Shown: positions 1-12,740 of the stretch, one piece after another
How positions within the stretch are numbered: position 1 is the stretch's first letter
Layout of the letters: each line of letters opens with the position of its first letter
Source: Neoechinorhynchus agilis
Taxonomy: Eukaryota; Animalia; Acanthocephala
Assembly (NCBI GenBank): GCA_051530055.1
Contig: CM121342.1
Coordinates: 1,398,797 to 1,462,796 of the forward strand
Direction: 5' to 3'
Length of the DNA: 64,000 nucleotides
Made by a program: the position numbers and the translations under genes
Notes under the pieces: generated by a model
What the model was told of the DNA's origin: nothing
What the model saw: the letters and a program-made list of their open reading frames with translations, nothing else
Databases searched by the model: none

Positions 1-759
1 TCGTTGATCCGGTAACCCCGAATAATTTTTCACAAACCCCGGACGCCGGGTTCGCAACGCCCTAGCCCGATCGATCGGAGGTATTAGACTTGACATTGCT
101 GATGTGTTTTTATTTCAAGGTTTTTACGGCCCGATGCCCTTTCTGACGTCTACCCTACCCATTTGTCCGGACTTGGAATCGGCCCCGAGTCACCCCGGTG
201 GCTGGGTTCATTGAGCCAAGCCATCAAAACTGATAATATTAACTCAATTTTCTCCTTGTTCGTAAACCTCGTCATAACAATCTTTGACACCTTTGAACTA
301 AATATCAGTCATTGACATTGTCTCTTTTCGCCATTTGAAAATTGTGATGAATTTTAAACAATGTTTAGTTTACTCATTCCGTCCATAAATTCATCAAGAG
401 GTTCAGTTCTCGTAGAGACCACGTTTCCAGCCCAATTAGATGGTCGAATATTGGTATTTATTTCGGAGTCGCGTTTAACTGCTTGGACTCAAAGGTTTTC
501 GCATTTTTTTCAAATTTCTTAAAACAACAGAAAAGCGATCAAGGAAACAAAGATAGAGGACGTTGAATCATTCAGTATAGATTTTATTATTTCTTGGTTA
601 GAGAAATATATTGTGTTTTAGTCCTCGTAGAGCATCATTGGGTTGATCGGTCTGCAAGACAATAATTGACCATCTGTAAGAAGAAACTAATTTCCTTCAA
701 CATATTATGATTTGATTCGAAGTTGCGAAAAAAGGTGCCGGCGAAGTCGGAGGAAAGTT

Positions 760-1400
760 AATAAATACAGCAACTTCGCTGCATGATTTCTACTCAGGTC
801 CCTGTATTTAATCTTTTTGCGGTCCTCATCGACGGTTGCTGCTCCCCTCTGGTTTAATAGTATCCAATTTTATGTTGCTGGCTGCGGATGGCGTCCCAGA
901 GAAGGCATTTGCCTCCTTCGTCACGGGAATGCTGTGACACCATCCGGTCTACGGCAATCGAGCCGGCAAAGATTGCTCCGCTCTAGGATGTTGGGCGCAT
1001 TTACAGTATTCGGGGCACGGCTACGAATTGCGTTCACTTCGGCATGTCGTACCTTCCGCCTGATTGCCGACAGGCGAGACCATGGCGTCCCGATGATTCC
1101 ACGGTCGTTCCGCAGCGATGGGATTTCAACATTGGTAACCAAATACTTGGGCGATTTGGATAGCTACGAACCAAGTATCCGATTCGCTTGTCGAGATCAA
1201 AGCCAATCGAGCTGGGCTATGAATTCTCGCTACCAAAATTGAATTTATTGTTTGCGACGGTTACCTGCCCGATAACGGAATCTTCACATCAAAGATTAAC
1301 CGCAAGCACGAAATCATCGTCAAACCTGTAATACTCGCAAAGAAAAGACTGAACTATTTTGCGGCTCGCTTTATCCTCATTTGGGAAGACGCTAAGCCTC
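760..1400 (-). mobile_element. CRE-clade non-LTR retrotransposon fragment (zinc knuckle plus restriction-like endonuclease region), decayed
   Basis: Minus frames give RHAEVNAI..RA.NT.NAPNILE..LCRLD.RRPDG, the RH..N / RPDG signature of CRE-type RLE domains. Nucleotide similarity to 41330-42160. Confidence 0.8.
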
Positions 1401-1420
1401 AACCATCGAAAAATCATCAT

Positions 1421-2790
1421 TTAAGACAAACTTAATGTCCTTCTTCTTTTTCTTAGCCTTTTCCGTTTGGAGGCAGGGTCGGCTGGTGGGGACTTTTGCT
1501 CCAACTTGTCCCGATCGAGAGCCTGGTCTGGGTGCAGCTTGGATTCTCGAAGGTCCACGTGTAGGGTGTCTAACCAGCGTTGCTTTGGTCTCCCTCTTGG
1601 GCGCATTCCGTCAACTTCGATGATCAATCCTTTCTTCGCGAGAGAGGTCTCATTTACACGCAGCGAATGATCGTACCATCTCAATCGGGCCTCGCGCATT
1701 TTGTCCTTGATCGGTACTACACCGAAGCGATTTCGAATATCGTCGTCTGATTGACACGGTCCAGCAATGTGATGCCGCTCATCTATCTTAACATCTTTGT
1801 CTCAATGACGCTCAGACGATGTTCGTCGCGCTTGGTGATTGGTCACCATTCGGCTCCATAGAGGGGCACGGAGCGAACTACTGGGCGATAAATCTTCCAA
1901 TTCAGGCGCGTATTGATTCGCCGATCGCCATCCGCAAATCGAATCTCGCCAATATGTCTCTCCATACTAAGACCACTCTTTCAAGGTCTTTTTGTCTTCA
2001 GATGTTAGAAGGACATCATCGACATACAGTACCGTCAACAGCCCTGGGCGTTGGATATCTGAAGTTATCGTATCCATTACTAGGATAAACAGTAAAGGCG
2101 ACAGTGCACTTCCCTGATGAACTCCAACGCCTATCGGATACGGTTTTGAGATTTCTGCCACATTTCTGACACGACTCTTTGGATTTAGCTAGAGCAGCTT
2201 GACCTATTCGACCAATTGTTCATGGAGTCCATACCAAACAAAATTGTGTGGTTCTCAATAAAGTTTTTTCTAGGTAAATAAATGCCAAATGAATCATGCG
2301 GTATTTTTCGCGATACTTTTCGATAAGCAGTCGTGCTACATGAATCGCATCTGTGGTGCCACATCCTTTGACAAATCCAGTTTCATTAACGGATAAATCG
2401 ACGATAGTGCGAATCCGCTTGTCGATGATACGCTCAAATATTTTCATCGTATGTGACAGGAGTCTGATCGGACAGTATTTGCAGCACTCGGCTGGATTGC
2501 AATTCTTTTTCCATGTCGGCACCGTGTGACTGAGCTCCCAGTTAATCGGCATTGTTTTCTATTCAAAGATTACGGGTCCCAGTTCCTCGCCTTCCAGAGT
2601 TCCGACGCAATATAGTCAGGGCCGGTTGCTCTCCCTGGTTTCATTCCATTTGTTGCATCTTGAACTTTCTTCGTATTGATAGGACTAACGGGGCAGGGAA
2701 TCTTTACGATCCCCGAAATAGATTGATGCTCAAATTCCTCGTTTGAAATCTGAACGTAGTATTGATGCCATCTCTCGGATCGGGTCAACC
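1421..2790 (-). mobile_element. RTE-clade LINE, 5'-truncated, RT and C-terminus, frameshifted
   Basis: ORFs 2570-2788, 2220-2552, 1967-2161 and 1421-1699 contain ATGPD, PIRLLSHTMKIFERII, GVHQGSALSPLLF, YVDD and RLRWY..H..R..RPRGRP..RW. There is a short AAG-rich 3' tail near 1435-1455. Confidence 0.9.
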
Positions 2791-2802
2791 ACGATGATGC
2801 AC

Positions 2803-5800
2803 AAATTTTGAAAAATCATCACTTGGGACCAACAGAATGTCCGATCGCTGCCAATATCCAGGGTAGCAATCGAGCTTCGATTTCCGCTCTTATTGACTCT
2901 CAATTTTTGAACTTGCCGCTCGCATACTCGAAGGCATGAAAGTCGGCTCGTGAGCAGTTCTTAAGCAATGAGACCATCGTTTTAAGATAAATCTTCTAGA
3001 ATGCGAGTAGAAGACAAAAATTCATTCCAATTTAAAGAAAGAGTTTTCGATCTTTACAATGCGGAAGCTCCGTCTTATCGCGAATTGGAATCGGCAGCGT
3101 TGTTCACGTTGTTTAAATCAAATAAATCGGTAGATTAGGAAAATTCATCAGCTAGGACAAATGGATTGTCAGATCGTTGCCAATATCAAAGAAAGTAATC
3201 GAACTTTGATTTTTGATTTGGCTAATGAGATTTGGGTCCCATCAGAATTTTTTTTGCCACGGTTGTTCAGATGAACTAAGCCTGAAATTTTGAAAAAAAT
3301 AATCATCTGGGATCAACGGAATGTAAGATCGCAACCAATATGCAGGATAGCGAACGCAGTTCGATTTCCGCTCCTATTGACTTATAATTTTTGAACTTGT
3401 CGCTCGCATACTCGAAGGCATGAAAGTCGGCTCGTGAGCAGTTCCTAAGGAATGAGACTATCATTTCAACATAAATCTTCATCAATGCGAGTAAAAGACA
3501 AAAATTCATTCCAACTTTAAGAAAAAGTTTCGATCTTTACAATGCGGAAGCTACGTCTTATCGATAATAGGAATCGGCAGCGCCGTTCACGTTGTTTAAA
3601 TGAAATAAATCGGTAGGTTAGGAAAAATCATCAAATAGGACAAATGGATTGTCAGATCGTTGCCAATATCAACGAAAGTAATCGAACTTTGATTTTTGAT
3701 TTGGCTAGTGAGATTTGGGTCCCATCAGAATGCTTTTTTCGCCACGGTTGTTCAGATGAACTAAGCCTGAAATTTTGAAAAAATCATCACTTGGGACCAA
3801 CAAAATGTAAGATTGCTACCAATATCCACGATAGCAATCGAGCTTCGATTTCCGCTCCTATTGACTCATAATTTTTGAACTTGTCGCTAACATACTCGAA
3901 GGCATGAAAGTCGGCTCGTGAGCAGTTCTTATGGAAAGAGACTATCATTTTAGCTAAAATCTTCATCAATGCGAGGAAAAGATAAAAATTCATTCTAATT
4001 TAAAGAAATAGTTTTCGATCTTTACACTGCGGAAGCTTCGTCTTAACGCGAATTTTAATCAGCAGCGTCGTTCACGTTGTTTAAATGAAATAAATCGGTA
4101 GATTAGGAAAAATCACCAGCTTGGACAAATGGATTACCCGATTGCTGCCAATATCAAAGAAAGTAATCGAACTTTGATTTTTGATTTGGTTAATGAGATT
4201 TGGGTCCCATCAGAATGCTTTTTTCGCCACGGTTGTTCAGATGAACTAAGCCTGAAATTTTGAAAAAAATAATCACCTGGGATCAACGGAATGTAGGATC
4301 GCAACCAAAATGCAGGATAGCGAACGAGTTCGATTTCCGCTCCTATTGACTCATAATTTTTGAACTTGTCGCTCGCATACTCGAAGGCATGAAAGTCGGC
4401 TCGTGAGCAGTTCTTAAGGAATGAGACTATCATTTCAACATAAATCTTCTAGAATGCGAGTAAAAGACAAAAATTCATTCCAATTTAAAGAAAGAGTTTT
4501 TGATCTTTACAATGCGGAAGCTCCGTCTTATCGCGAATTGGAATCGGCAGCGTTGTTCACGCTGTTTAAATCAAATAAATCGCTAGATTAGGAAAATTCA
4601 TCAGCTAGGACAAATGGATTGCCAGATCGCTGCCAATATCAAAGAAAATAATCGAACTTTGATTTTTGATTTGGCTAATGAGATTTGGGTCCCATCAGAA
4701 TTCTTTTTTCGCCACGGTTGTTCAGATGAACTAAGCCTGAAATTTTGAAAAAATCATCACTTGGGGCCAACAAAATGTAAGATTGCTACCAATATCCACG
4801 ATAGCAATCGAGCTTCGATTTCCGCTCCTATTGACTCATAATTTTTGAACTTGTCGCTAACATACTCGAAGGCATGAAAGTCGGCTCGTGAGCAGTTCTT
4901 TAGGAATGAGGCTATCATTTTAACATAAGTCTTCTAGAATGCGAGTAAAAGACAAAAATTCATTCCAATTTAAAGAAAGAGTTTTTGATCTTTACAATGC
5001 GGAAGCTTCGTCTTATCGCGAATTGGAATCGGCAGCGTCGTTTACGTTATTTAAATGAAATAAATCGGTAGGTTAGGAAAAATCTTCAGCTAGGACAAAT
5101 GGATTGTCAGATCGCTGCCAATATCAAAGAAAATAATCGAACTTTGATTTTTGATTTGGCTAATGAGATTTGGATCCCATCAGAATGCTTTTTTCGCCAC
5201 AGTTTTTAAGATGAACTAAGCCTGAAATTTTGAAAAAATCATCACTTGGGACCAACGGAATGTAAGATCGCTACCAATATCCACGATAGCAATCGAGCTT
5301 CGATTTCCGCTCTTATTGACTCTTAATTTTTGAACTTGTCGCTCGCATACTCGAAGGCATGAAAGTCGGCTCGTGAGCAGTTCTTAAGGAATGAGACTAG
5401 CATTTTAAGGTAAATCTTCTAGAATGCGAGTAGAAGACAAAAAATTCATTCCAATTTAAAGAAAGAGTTTTCGATCTTTACAATGCGGAAGCTTCGTCTT
5501 ATCGCGAATTGGAATCGGCAGCGTCGTTTACGTTATTTAAATGAAATAAATCGGTAGATTAGGAAAAATCGTCAGCTAGGACAAATGGATTGTCAGATTG
5601 CTGCCAATGTCAAAGAAAGTAATCGAACTTTGATTTTTGATTTGGCTAATGAGATTTGGGTCCCATCAGAATTCCCTTTTCGCCACGGTTGTTCAGATGA
5701 ACTAAGCCTGAAATTTTGAAAAAAATCATCACTTGGGACCAACGGAATGTAAGATTGCTACCAATATCCACGATAGCAATCGAGCTTCGATTTCCGCTCT

Positions 5801-5810
5801 CATTGACTCT
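2803..5810. repeat. Tandem satellite 1, unit about 484-485 bp, about 6.2 copies
   Basis: Marker gaaggcatgaaagtcggctcgtgagcagttc recurs at about 2930, 3414, 3898, 4383, 4868 and 5353. Confidence 0.97.
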
Positions 5811-6383
5811 GAGCTGTTTTGAACAACGTTAAAATTTCGACGGATTCGTGGTTGCGAAACATTTTGATAGAATTACCAACCTTTTACCGAATTTCGGCAC
5901 TTCAGCATTTTATCAGCTTCGATCGGATAAATCCTAAGACGCCGAATGTAACAAGAGATTTGTTCCGTTTTGGGTGAAGTGTTTAAGAAATAAGATTCTT
6001 GGCGTTGTTTAAACGAAAGAAGCGATGTTACTTTAGTGATTTTATAACGTAAATTTCTGTTGTCGGATATAATTGTCCTCGAGGTGAATTTGATTTTACG
6101 TTTACGAGTCCTGCTCCCGGTGTTGTTGTTATAAATAAAACGAGAAAAAACAACACCGTGGACAGAATTCGCCAACGTACAGTAAATTTTTGTGTTTAAG
6201 GTTTTTCTATTTCTTCTCAGGTTTGATGGATTTTGGTTTTGTATTTTGAATGCATTTTTTAATGATGTTTAAATTTTTTAGTATTGAAAGATTTTACGTT
6301 CAAAACGACAAAAATCACTTTTCATTATTTAAAATTTAAGGCAAGCATTTTTTTAATGCCATGAAAATTTCTGAAAATTTTAG

Positions 6384-8390
6384 ATGGCTTTCACTCAGGC
6401 GAACGATGAGAACACGGATTTTCCTTGCGCTTTAAGTTTCGAAGAACTCCTGATAGTCGAATGCTCCGATGAACAAAATGGAATCTTTGTAAACGAAAGC
6501 AACGTTCATGTATTGGTCTCGACTTTTTCGGCAACGAATCCGAATCGCATTTTAGTGAACTGCTACTCGGTAAAAACGGCATTTCGTCGTAAAAAGTTTG
6601 GTTTACCTAACGGAGGGATTACTCTTTTGCGGTTCAACGCAAGTGAAACCGTCCTCGCGATTGTTCGGCACCATTGCAATGTTTCATTTGTGAATTTTAC
6701 GATAAAATTTGAGCCGGACGAAATAGGCAACTGTGCATAATTCCTTTAAAAAAATTCGGTGTCCTCTGATTTGTTTCTAACGATTCTACGTTTAAATCGT
6801 CAACCTGCAATCCAATTTTTTAAAATTGTGCATAATTGCCATAGAATACGGCCACTGTGAAACCCAAAACATTAATCGGTTGATCGATCCTGTTATTTGG
6901 CTTACAAATAGTGAATTTCTTATTACGAGAAGTGATGACCTTGAATGTAATCTTGACTTTTATGTTCTATTTGCTGACACGAGACAAGTAAAGTTTCTGA
7001 AAAGTCTGAAACTTGAGACCTACGATTCCATTTCATTCGTCCATTTGAAACCAACTGGTCTCTGTTTAGTTGGATTCAGCGAAATTGATAAAAGACCAAG
7101 AGGTTATAAATTTCAGAATGGCCGTTTCAGCTTCGTCAATCTTGATTCCATTGAACGGACTTACCATTCGCCTTCTTTAGTTTGTCTCTATTCTGATCCA
7201 TTTGCTTGTATTTTATTCGCTGAAAACGACGTGGACGTTCGTCTTGCTCTCATGCCGTTTAGTGGTTCTTCAAAAATCGCTTAAAACGAGTCATTTTGAA
7301 GGCGATTTTTTTCAAAATGGTCCGAAAAACGATCTGCCAACATCGTCCAGTCTTTACACACAAATCATTGTCTTAGATAATCTATTGGTTCTTGTTTCGG
7401 ATATCGGCGAATGTCTGCTTTTAAATTTTAATCCATTTAGTAAGAATATTTTAGCCGTTGCTATAATCGATACGCTGACGACCTTGACTTACGTTTGTGA
7501 TCAAATGTTCATTACGAAACGAATTGATTCGATTTCTATCGGCCGACCAGTTCTTTATCCAAAAGATCTTGCCATGATTGTTTCATCCACGAAATCACCA
7601 CGTGAAGCTGTTGAAATCTTAATGTTTAAGCAGCAGTTCCATGTCGATCTAAAAGATTATCATTTTCCTTCAATTTTTTGATTTCTTGTTCTCTTTTCGA
7701 GATTTAACCTGATCTTTTAAAATCTTACGTTTTTGTATACTTGCTCATATCTTTGAATAGCTAAATATTTATCTAGAATTCTACTTTTGCTTTTTAGTCA
7801 ACACGAAACCGCTGCCCAGATCGGATCAAAGTTTACTTTTGAACGAAATTAAAAATCAAATATCCTCCGTACGGCATTTATCGATGCGCAACTCGTTCGA
7901 CACTTTGTTCCAAATCTCCTATTCGTTGAATAGTCCTACGCCAGAATCGATTCTTGGTTTCCTTCTATCAGATGCCATCGCTTTCGACCGCCAACGGTCA
8001 GTTTTCTTTGAACTGCTCGTATCTGCAGTTGCAGCTTCTACCGATGTTTCGGGTGATTTATGGCGTCAATCCATCGAAACTTTTTGTACCTCTCAAGGCA
8101 ACGCTCACGGCCTTCTTCGATCGCTTGAAATTGGGTCGAAGAAGTCAATTGGAGACAGAGAAGTAGAATTTTCTGAATCGCTCGAAGGAGCTGGTCGACA
8201 AAAGATGCATGAGTTTTATGATCTCATCGCAAGCGGGCAGATAATCCGGGCTCTCAGGCACGTCATCCGTAATAAGATTTCACTTGCTGATCCTTGCATT
8301 TCTAAGACTTTATTAGTAGCAGCGGAACAAAGTGGTGACTTTTGGACAAACTATCACGTTCGAAAGTACTTTGATTACAAAATGAATTAA
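6384..8390 (+). CDS. RMC1: Regulator of MON1-CCZ1 complex (C18orf8/Mic1/Bulli) homolog; proposed exons 6384-6726, 6845-~7264, ~7302-7642, 7761-8390
   Basis: Colinear motifs recalled from RMC1: NGIFVNESNVHV, LLRFNASETVLAIVRHHCNVSFVNF, LDFYVLFADTRQVKFLKS, IIVLDNLLVLV, and the C-terminal Mic1-like LIASGQIIRALR...LLVAAEQSGD..Y..F. Splice sites were inferred by phase; internal boundaries are approximate. Confidence 0.8.
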
Positions 8391-8618
8391 ATTCGTTTAT
8401 ATTATCGCGTCGAGAACTGAAATGTTCTGGTTTTACTTTCAATTCCTAATCATGTTAAAATTTCTAGTTTCAATCTAAGCGCTCTTTATTTAATGATTTT
8501 TAATGCTTTCCATGCACTCATAAAATTGTAAAGATTTAATCTTTCTAACTTCTGATGCAGTTTTAAAGATCGAGACCTGATATTCTTCTTGTTAATTTTG
8601 CTTCAGATTGATTTGTAA

Positions 8619-8990
8619 ATGTCCAGCGACAGTTTAGCACCATCTTCGAAATCGCTCCGAACACCATTTCGTGTATCCATGCGAGATCTCATTTCGACAT
8701 CTTTACAGCTCCAATCACAGAAGCGCCAAATCGAAGTCGTCCTTAAGGCAATAAAGGTTGGTTTTTCAAACACACTATGGAGTATTGATGTTTTGGTTTA
8801 GGATTCAAATGAGGATCGAAGATGTTATCGAATGATATCCGGCACGCTTATTCCTAGGACTGTTCCAGAACTGATAATAGATTTAGAGAATGACCACGAG
8901 GAGGTTGCAAAGCAATTGGAAGAGGTAGATAATGTCATTAATATGGCCGAGGAACAAAAGACTAAAAGTGGACAGGAGTCGCCAGATTGA
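8619..8990 (+). CDS. PFDN2: Prefoldin subunit 2; exons 8619-8756 and 8802-8990, 108 aa
   Basis: A 45-nt GT-AG intron (8757-8801) joins in frame to give ...VVLKAIKDSNEDRRCYRMISGTLIPRTVPELIIDLENDHEEVAKQLEEV, matching the beta-prefoldin 2 motif RKCYRMVGGVLVERTV.EV...LE.N.E. Confidence 0.85.
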
Positions 8991-10214
8991 TGATTGGATT
9001 TTAAAATCATGAGATTTATACGTTAGTTAATAATGTGTAGATCTTACGAGTTGATCGATTAGCTTCGTTTTTTAGTCATCACGACTTTTTTGTTTGTTAT
9101 TGATCCTGTTTTGTTTCTAGATGGGCAATTGGGCGGGATATTCGCAGCAAATAAAGCACTTAAATAATTCCTGAGGAAGCCATAAGACGGCGAAAGGTCG
9201 CAAATAAAGATTTTCTTGATCATTACACCCGTCCGCTTAGGTGTCCATTTCAAAACAAAACTAAATAAATTATGCGACTATTATTTTTTATTTTCTTATG
9301 CCGAAATTTCACATATCTTTAAATCTCCTTTGTTACTACGCGATTCCAATAACTCGGTTTTTTATGGAATTTCCGGACGAATAATTTATTGGTAAAAATT
9401 TACAGTGGTGGTTGCTTTTATCCACGCCCATCCTTTTGCGGGACTCTTTCCTTCATTTTTAGTCATCCAAAATCCTTTTATTCTGAGCGCGAGTGTTATA
9501 TGGAAAACAAATTTAATTTGTTTACTTTTCCGTAGTTGTACTAAATTGTTTTTCTCGAAACTCTGGTTTGTCAGTTCATTACTTTCAGTATGCGTCATAA
9601 ATCAGTCCAATTAATGCTGGATCTTCAGCGTTTAATATTTTTTTGCGCTTTATCGCTTTTTTCTGTGCAACATTTTGATATATTACAAAATCCAAAAACA
9701 ACTGCGAAAATTTTTAAATAAAAGTTTCTACAAAGTTCGATACATCAACAACTGAAATTGTAAAGATGTTACCCACAGATTGTTTTTGGTCAGGCGAAAT
9801 AAAGAAGAATGGTTTAATTTTAATTTAAAATCTTGTGCTCAAATCTACATTAATTGCTGAAGATAACAATTTGTCAGTTTAAATTAAGAGTTTATAAATG
9901 GAAAATGTATGATGAAACAATACCTCTATATCGACATTTACCGTCTATTAAACAATTCAATTTTATTTTTATTTTGCTCTATTATTTTGATAAAGCTGAA
10001 ATGAAAACATACTGGCTATTATTTCGTTTTCATTCTGATTGATTTTTCCTGAATCGATGCAATCCATTAGTAAAAGGCAATTCAAAATCAATAAAAATAT
10101 TTTCCCGGTGAACCCAATCAGTTTAGCATATTTAAAAATAACGAATATATTTCTATTTAATTAGGAATACTAATCTAAGTATCTGCTTAGTTGACATCTA
10201 ATTTACCGATCGAT

Positions 10215-10910
10215 TTATGCGATCTCTAGTCTAATTGGACATCTTCTGGCATCTATTTTCTGTCCTATGGCACCAAGTTGATTTGTATCCCCGAATCCTG
10301 CGAGGTCATTTTCCATAAGAACAGGAATTACCGCCATGATGATGTCCTCATCACTAAGTTCATCAAATTCGTCGTCAAATACAAATTCGTCTTCATAAGC
10401 AGCGTCCTGTTCAACACATTCATCTTCTTCATAAGCAACGTCCTGCTCAACGCATTCATCGTCTTCATAAAGAGCGTCCTGTTCAATGTACTCACTTTCC
10501 GGTTCATATTCATCGTCAAAATCAACAATCGAGGAAATCAGCGCGGTTAAAGCATCTTCATCGTCATCACTAAAGATATTTTCCGCATCGATTTTCCGGT
10601 ATACTTGGCTTTCATGAACTGCCTGGATTGGGCAGCTCTCTTCGAAACATGCAACGGAAGGCATAACTGCTGAGAAGACTTCAACTGGAACATTGCCCAA
10701 ACGACGTGTGTCCGCTTCAAGGCCTAACCTTTTGACTTCCTTCAAGGCTTGATCACGAGCCAGATTCTGTAGTTGTTCTGCAGACAATTTATTGTTTTTG
10801 CATGGAACACAGTAACAACCGCAAATATACTCTTGTTTGTTGTCATCGCTGCAGATTTGGATTGCACGGGTTATCTGAGCCAAAACTGTGAGAATGAAGA
10901 TCGATAACAT
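10215..10910 (-). CDS. Unrecognised secreted acidic protein, 231 aa, single exon
   Basis: ATG-initiated ORF with signal-peptide-like N-terminus (MLSIFILTVLAQITRA), Cys cluster CSDDNKQEYICGCYCVPC, and a D/E-rich half with a 12-aa repeat x3. Confidence 0.75.
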   Translation of the reverse strand: MLSIFILTVLAQITRAIQICSDDNKQEYICGCYCVPCKNNKLSAEQLQNLARDQALKEVKRLGLEADTRRLGNVPVEVFSAVMPSVACFEESCPIQAVHESQVYRKIDAENIFSDDDEDALTALISSIVDFDDEYEPESEYIEQDALYEDDECVEQDVAYEEDECVEQDAAYEDEFVFDDEFDELSDEDIIMAVIPVLMENDLAGFGDTNQLGAIGQKIDARRCPIRLEIA

Positions 10911-11450
10911 CTCTACACGAAATACGTTCTTATTATTTCACTTTGGTTCAACATAGCCACCTTTCGATGAAGTCAAAACAACCATCAATATTTGCACTTG
11001 TTCGTTGACAATTAAGACGTCGTCGAAATGTTTATATGTTAAAAGTATTCATTGAGTGTTTGTATACAGATATATCGAATATATATCAATCAGATATCAG
11101 TTCATGTATGTGCTAAATTGTCGCCAATCGAGAAAACAGTGATTTTAATGCAACCTCCGGAAAGTTGCCCGCTCTCAAAACGCATGGCTAAATATTTAAA
11201 TCTGCAATTTAAGTAGAAGAACAAGATCTAAATTATAGTTTATCTTATAGATCCCGAATTACTAATCAATTGGTTATGATAATGATGGACATCACTGTAT
11301 GAACGAAATCACCACGATTACCGCTGAAAACTTGCCAACCAAAACTTGAATTTATTTAATAACAGCAACAGGAGAGTAGAGGCTACTATTGAGATCTTAT
11401 TCCCTTCCCTAGTATTAACCGATTACGACGAAACAACGAAATTATAACCC

Positions 11451-12740
11451 ATTTTTTCTTTTTTTTTAAAAGATATATATTTTTAACAATTCAAACAATC
11501 TGTTTGAAACACACTCACCACCTCCCGCCAAATTCCAGCTTTTGTCCTTCCTCGACCGTCGCCATCACGCTGGCAGCATTGCCCCGTTGTACTGCTGGCG
11601 AGATATTTTGTCGAAGGAATACGCCTGCTCTTGAGTCTCCGGTTGCCCCTCTCAATTTCTTCGAGAGTTCCTGGAGCAGAGAGAGTGCCGAGCTGCCGAG
11701 CGCTTCATACGTCTCTACCCCAAAGGGGACAAAATAGTGAGCCCTCGATAATTGAATATATTTCCGTATTTTCCTCCCTTCCGCTGCACTGGCGGCACCA
11801 CCGGCGATTTCGAGGGAGTAGGGGATGTTGCTGGCTGCGAGGGTGTCCACGCACGTGGCGTCCCAGAGAAGGCATTTGCCCTCCCGCCACGGGAAGACCG
11901 AAATTCCACCGGGCCTACGGCCGTCTAGTCCACAAAGGTGGACGGGTTCCAGGATGTTCGGGAAGTTCGCCGTTCTCAACGCCCGAGAAATTACGCTGTT
12001 GATCTCAGAATGGCGTAAGAACCTTCCTCCTGACCTTCTGCAGATGATACCGTGTCGCCCGAAAGCATCAACCAAAGACCCACATCGACAGCGATGGGGC
12101 GAGCATATCGGCAGATAAAGTCTGAAGGATACTGCGATCCTCGTTACCTCATCAGTAAGAGTTCCCACTGATGCCAGAGGAACAGCCTCCAACCACGCCC
12201 CAGATTCTCGTGTTGAAACTGCCAACAGTCTAGCTCGGACGACCCCATCGAGATAACTGGAAAGTAGAGAGCTGTGAGCTCTCGCGACAAGAGGTCCGTC
12301 CCAGATCGACTGTCTGAGGCCATTCACGGGAACATGGTTAGCGCCTGTCTGCTGGCACCATTCCTAAACCGCCACCACGAAATCCCGGTCAAGACAGAAC
12401 TTTTCCTTCAAAATTTTCTTCGATACTGGTAGGCTCCCCTCAAAAGATCCAAGAAAGGCCGGCAAAGCAAGGTCCACTAGTGCCCGAATTCCCAATCCCC
12501 CAGATGACACAGGCAAAGAAGCTTGTCGCCACGCCTCATCTGAGAGCTGGACATTTAAAATACGCTCGAGGCAAGCCCTCACCTTATCGTCCAGCTTTGC
12601 CGATCAACCGGACACAAACCAGTGGAGACGCGTGGGAACCCGGCAGCGTTGGTCTTCTCAGGTTGATCATGATCGATAAGTGGCGATTTGAGTGTTCGAT
12701 GAGCGCATGTAATCCTTTAAAATTCTTCAAGCTGGGAGGC
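11451..12740 (-). mobile_element. CRE-clade non-LTR retrotransposon, 5'-truncated, with 3' end and poly(A)
   Basis: W.QASLPV..GGLG (12364-12582), then a 270-aa ORF with CRCGSLVDAFGRHGIIC, RHSEIN, RRPGG (canonical RPDG Asp changed to Gly), WDATCVDTLA, FVPFGVET and QRGNAASV. Plus-strand T tract at 11451-11468. Confidence 0.92.

Noticed and set aside
3140-5600. CTGANGA on the minus strand of satellite 1 units as a hammerhead core (retrozyme array)
   Set aside because: No stem II or GAAA follows and two units break the motif.
2803-5810. Repeated 68-99 aa ORFs and Sm-site-like AATTTTTGA in satellite 1 (protein repeat or snRNA/SL RNA array)
   Set aside because: ORFs are broken differently in each unit, and there is no recognisable snRNA sequence or leader-donor arrangement.
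5873-6175. 100-aa minus ORF head-to-head with RMC1
   Set aside because: Starts at TTG, has no recognisable motif and no splice support.
9059-9614. Short ORFs and splice-like sites downstream of PFDN2
   Set aside because: I could not assemble a consistent or recognisable reading frame.
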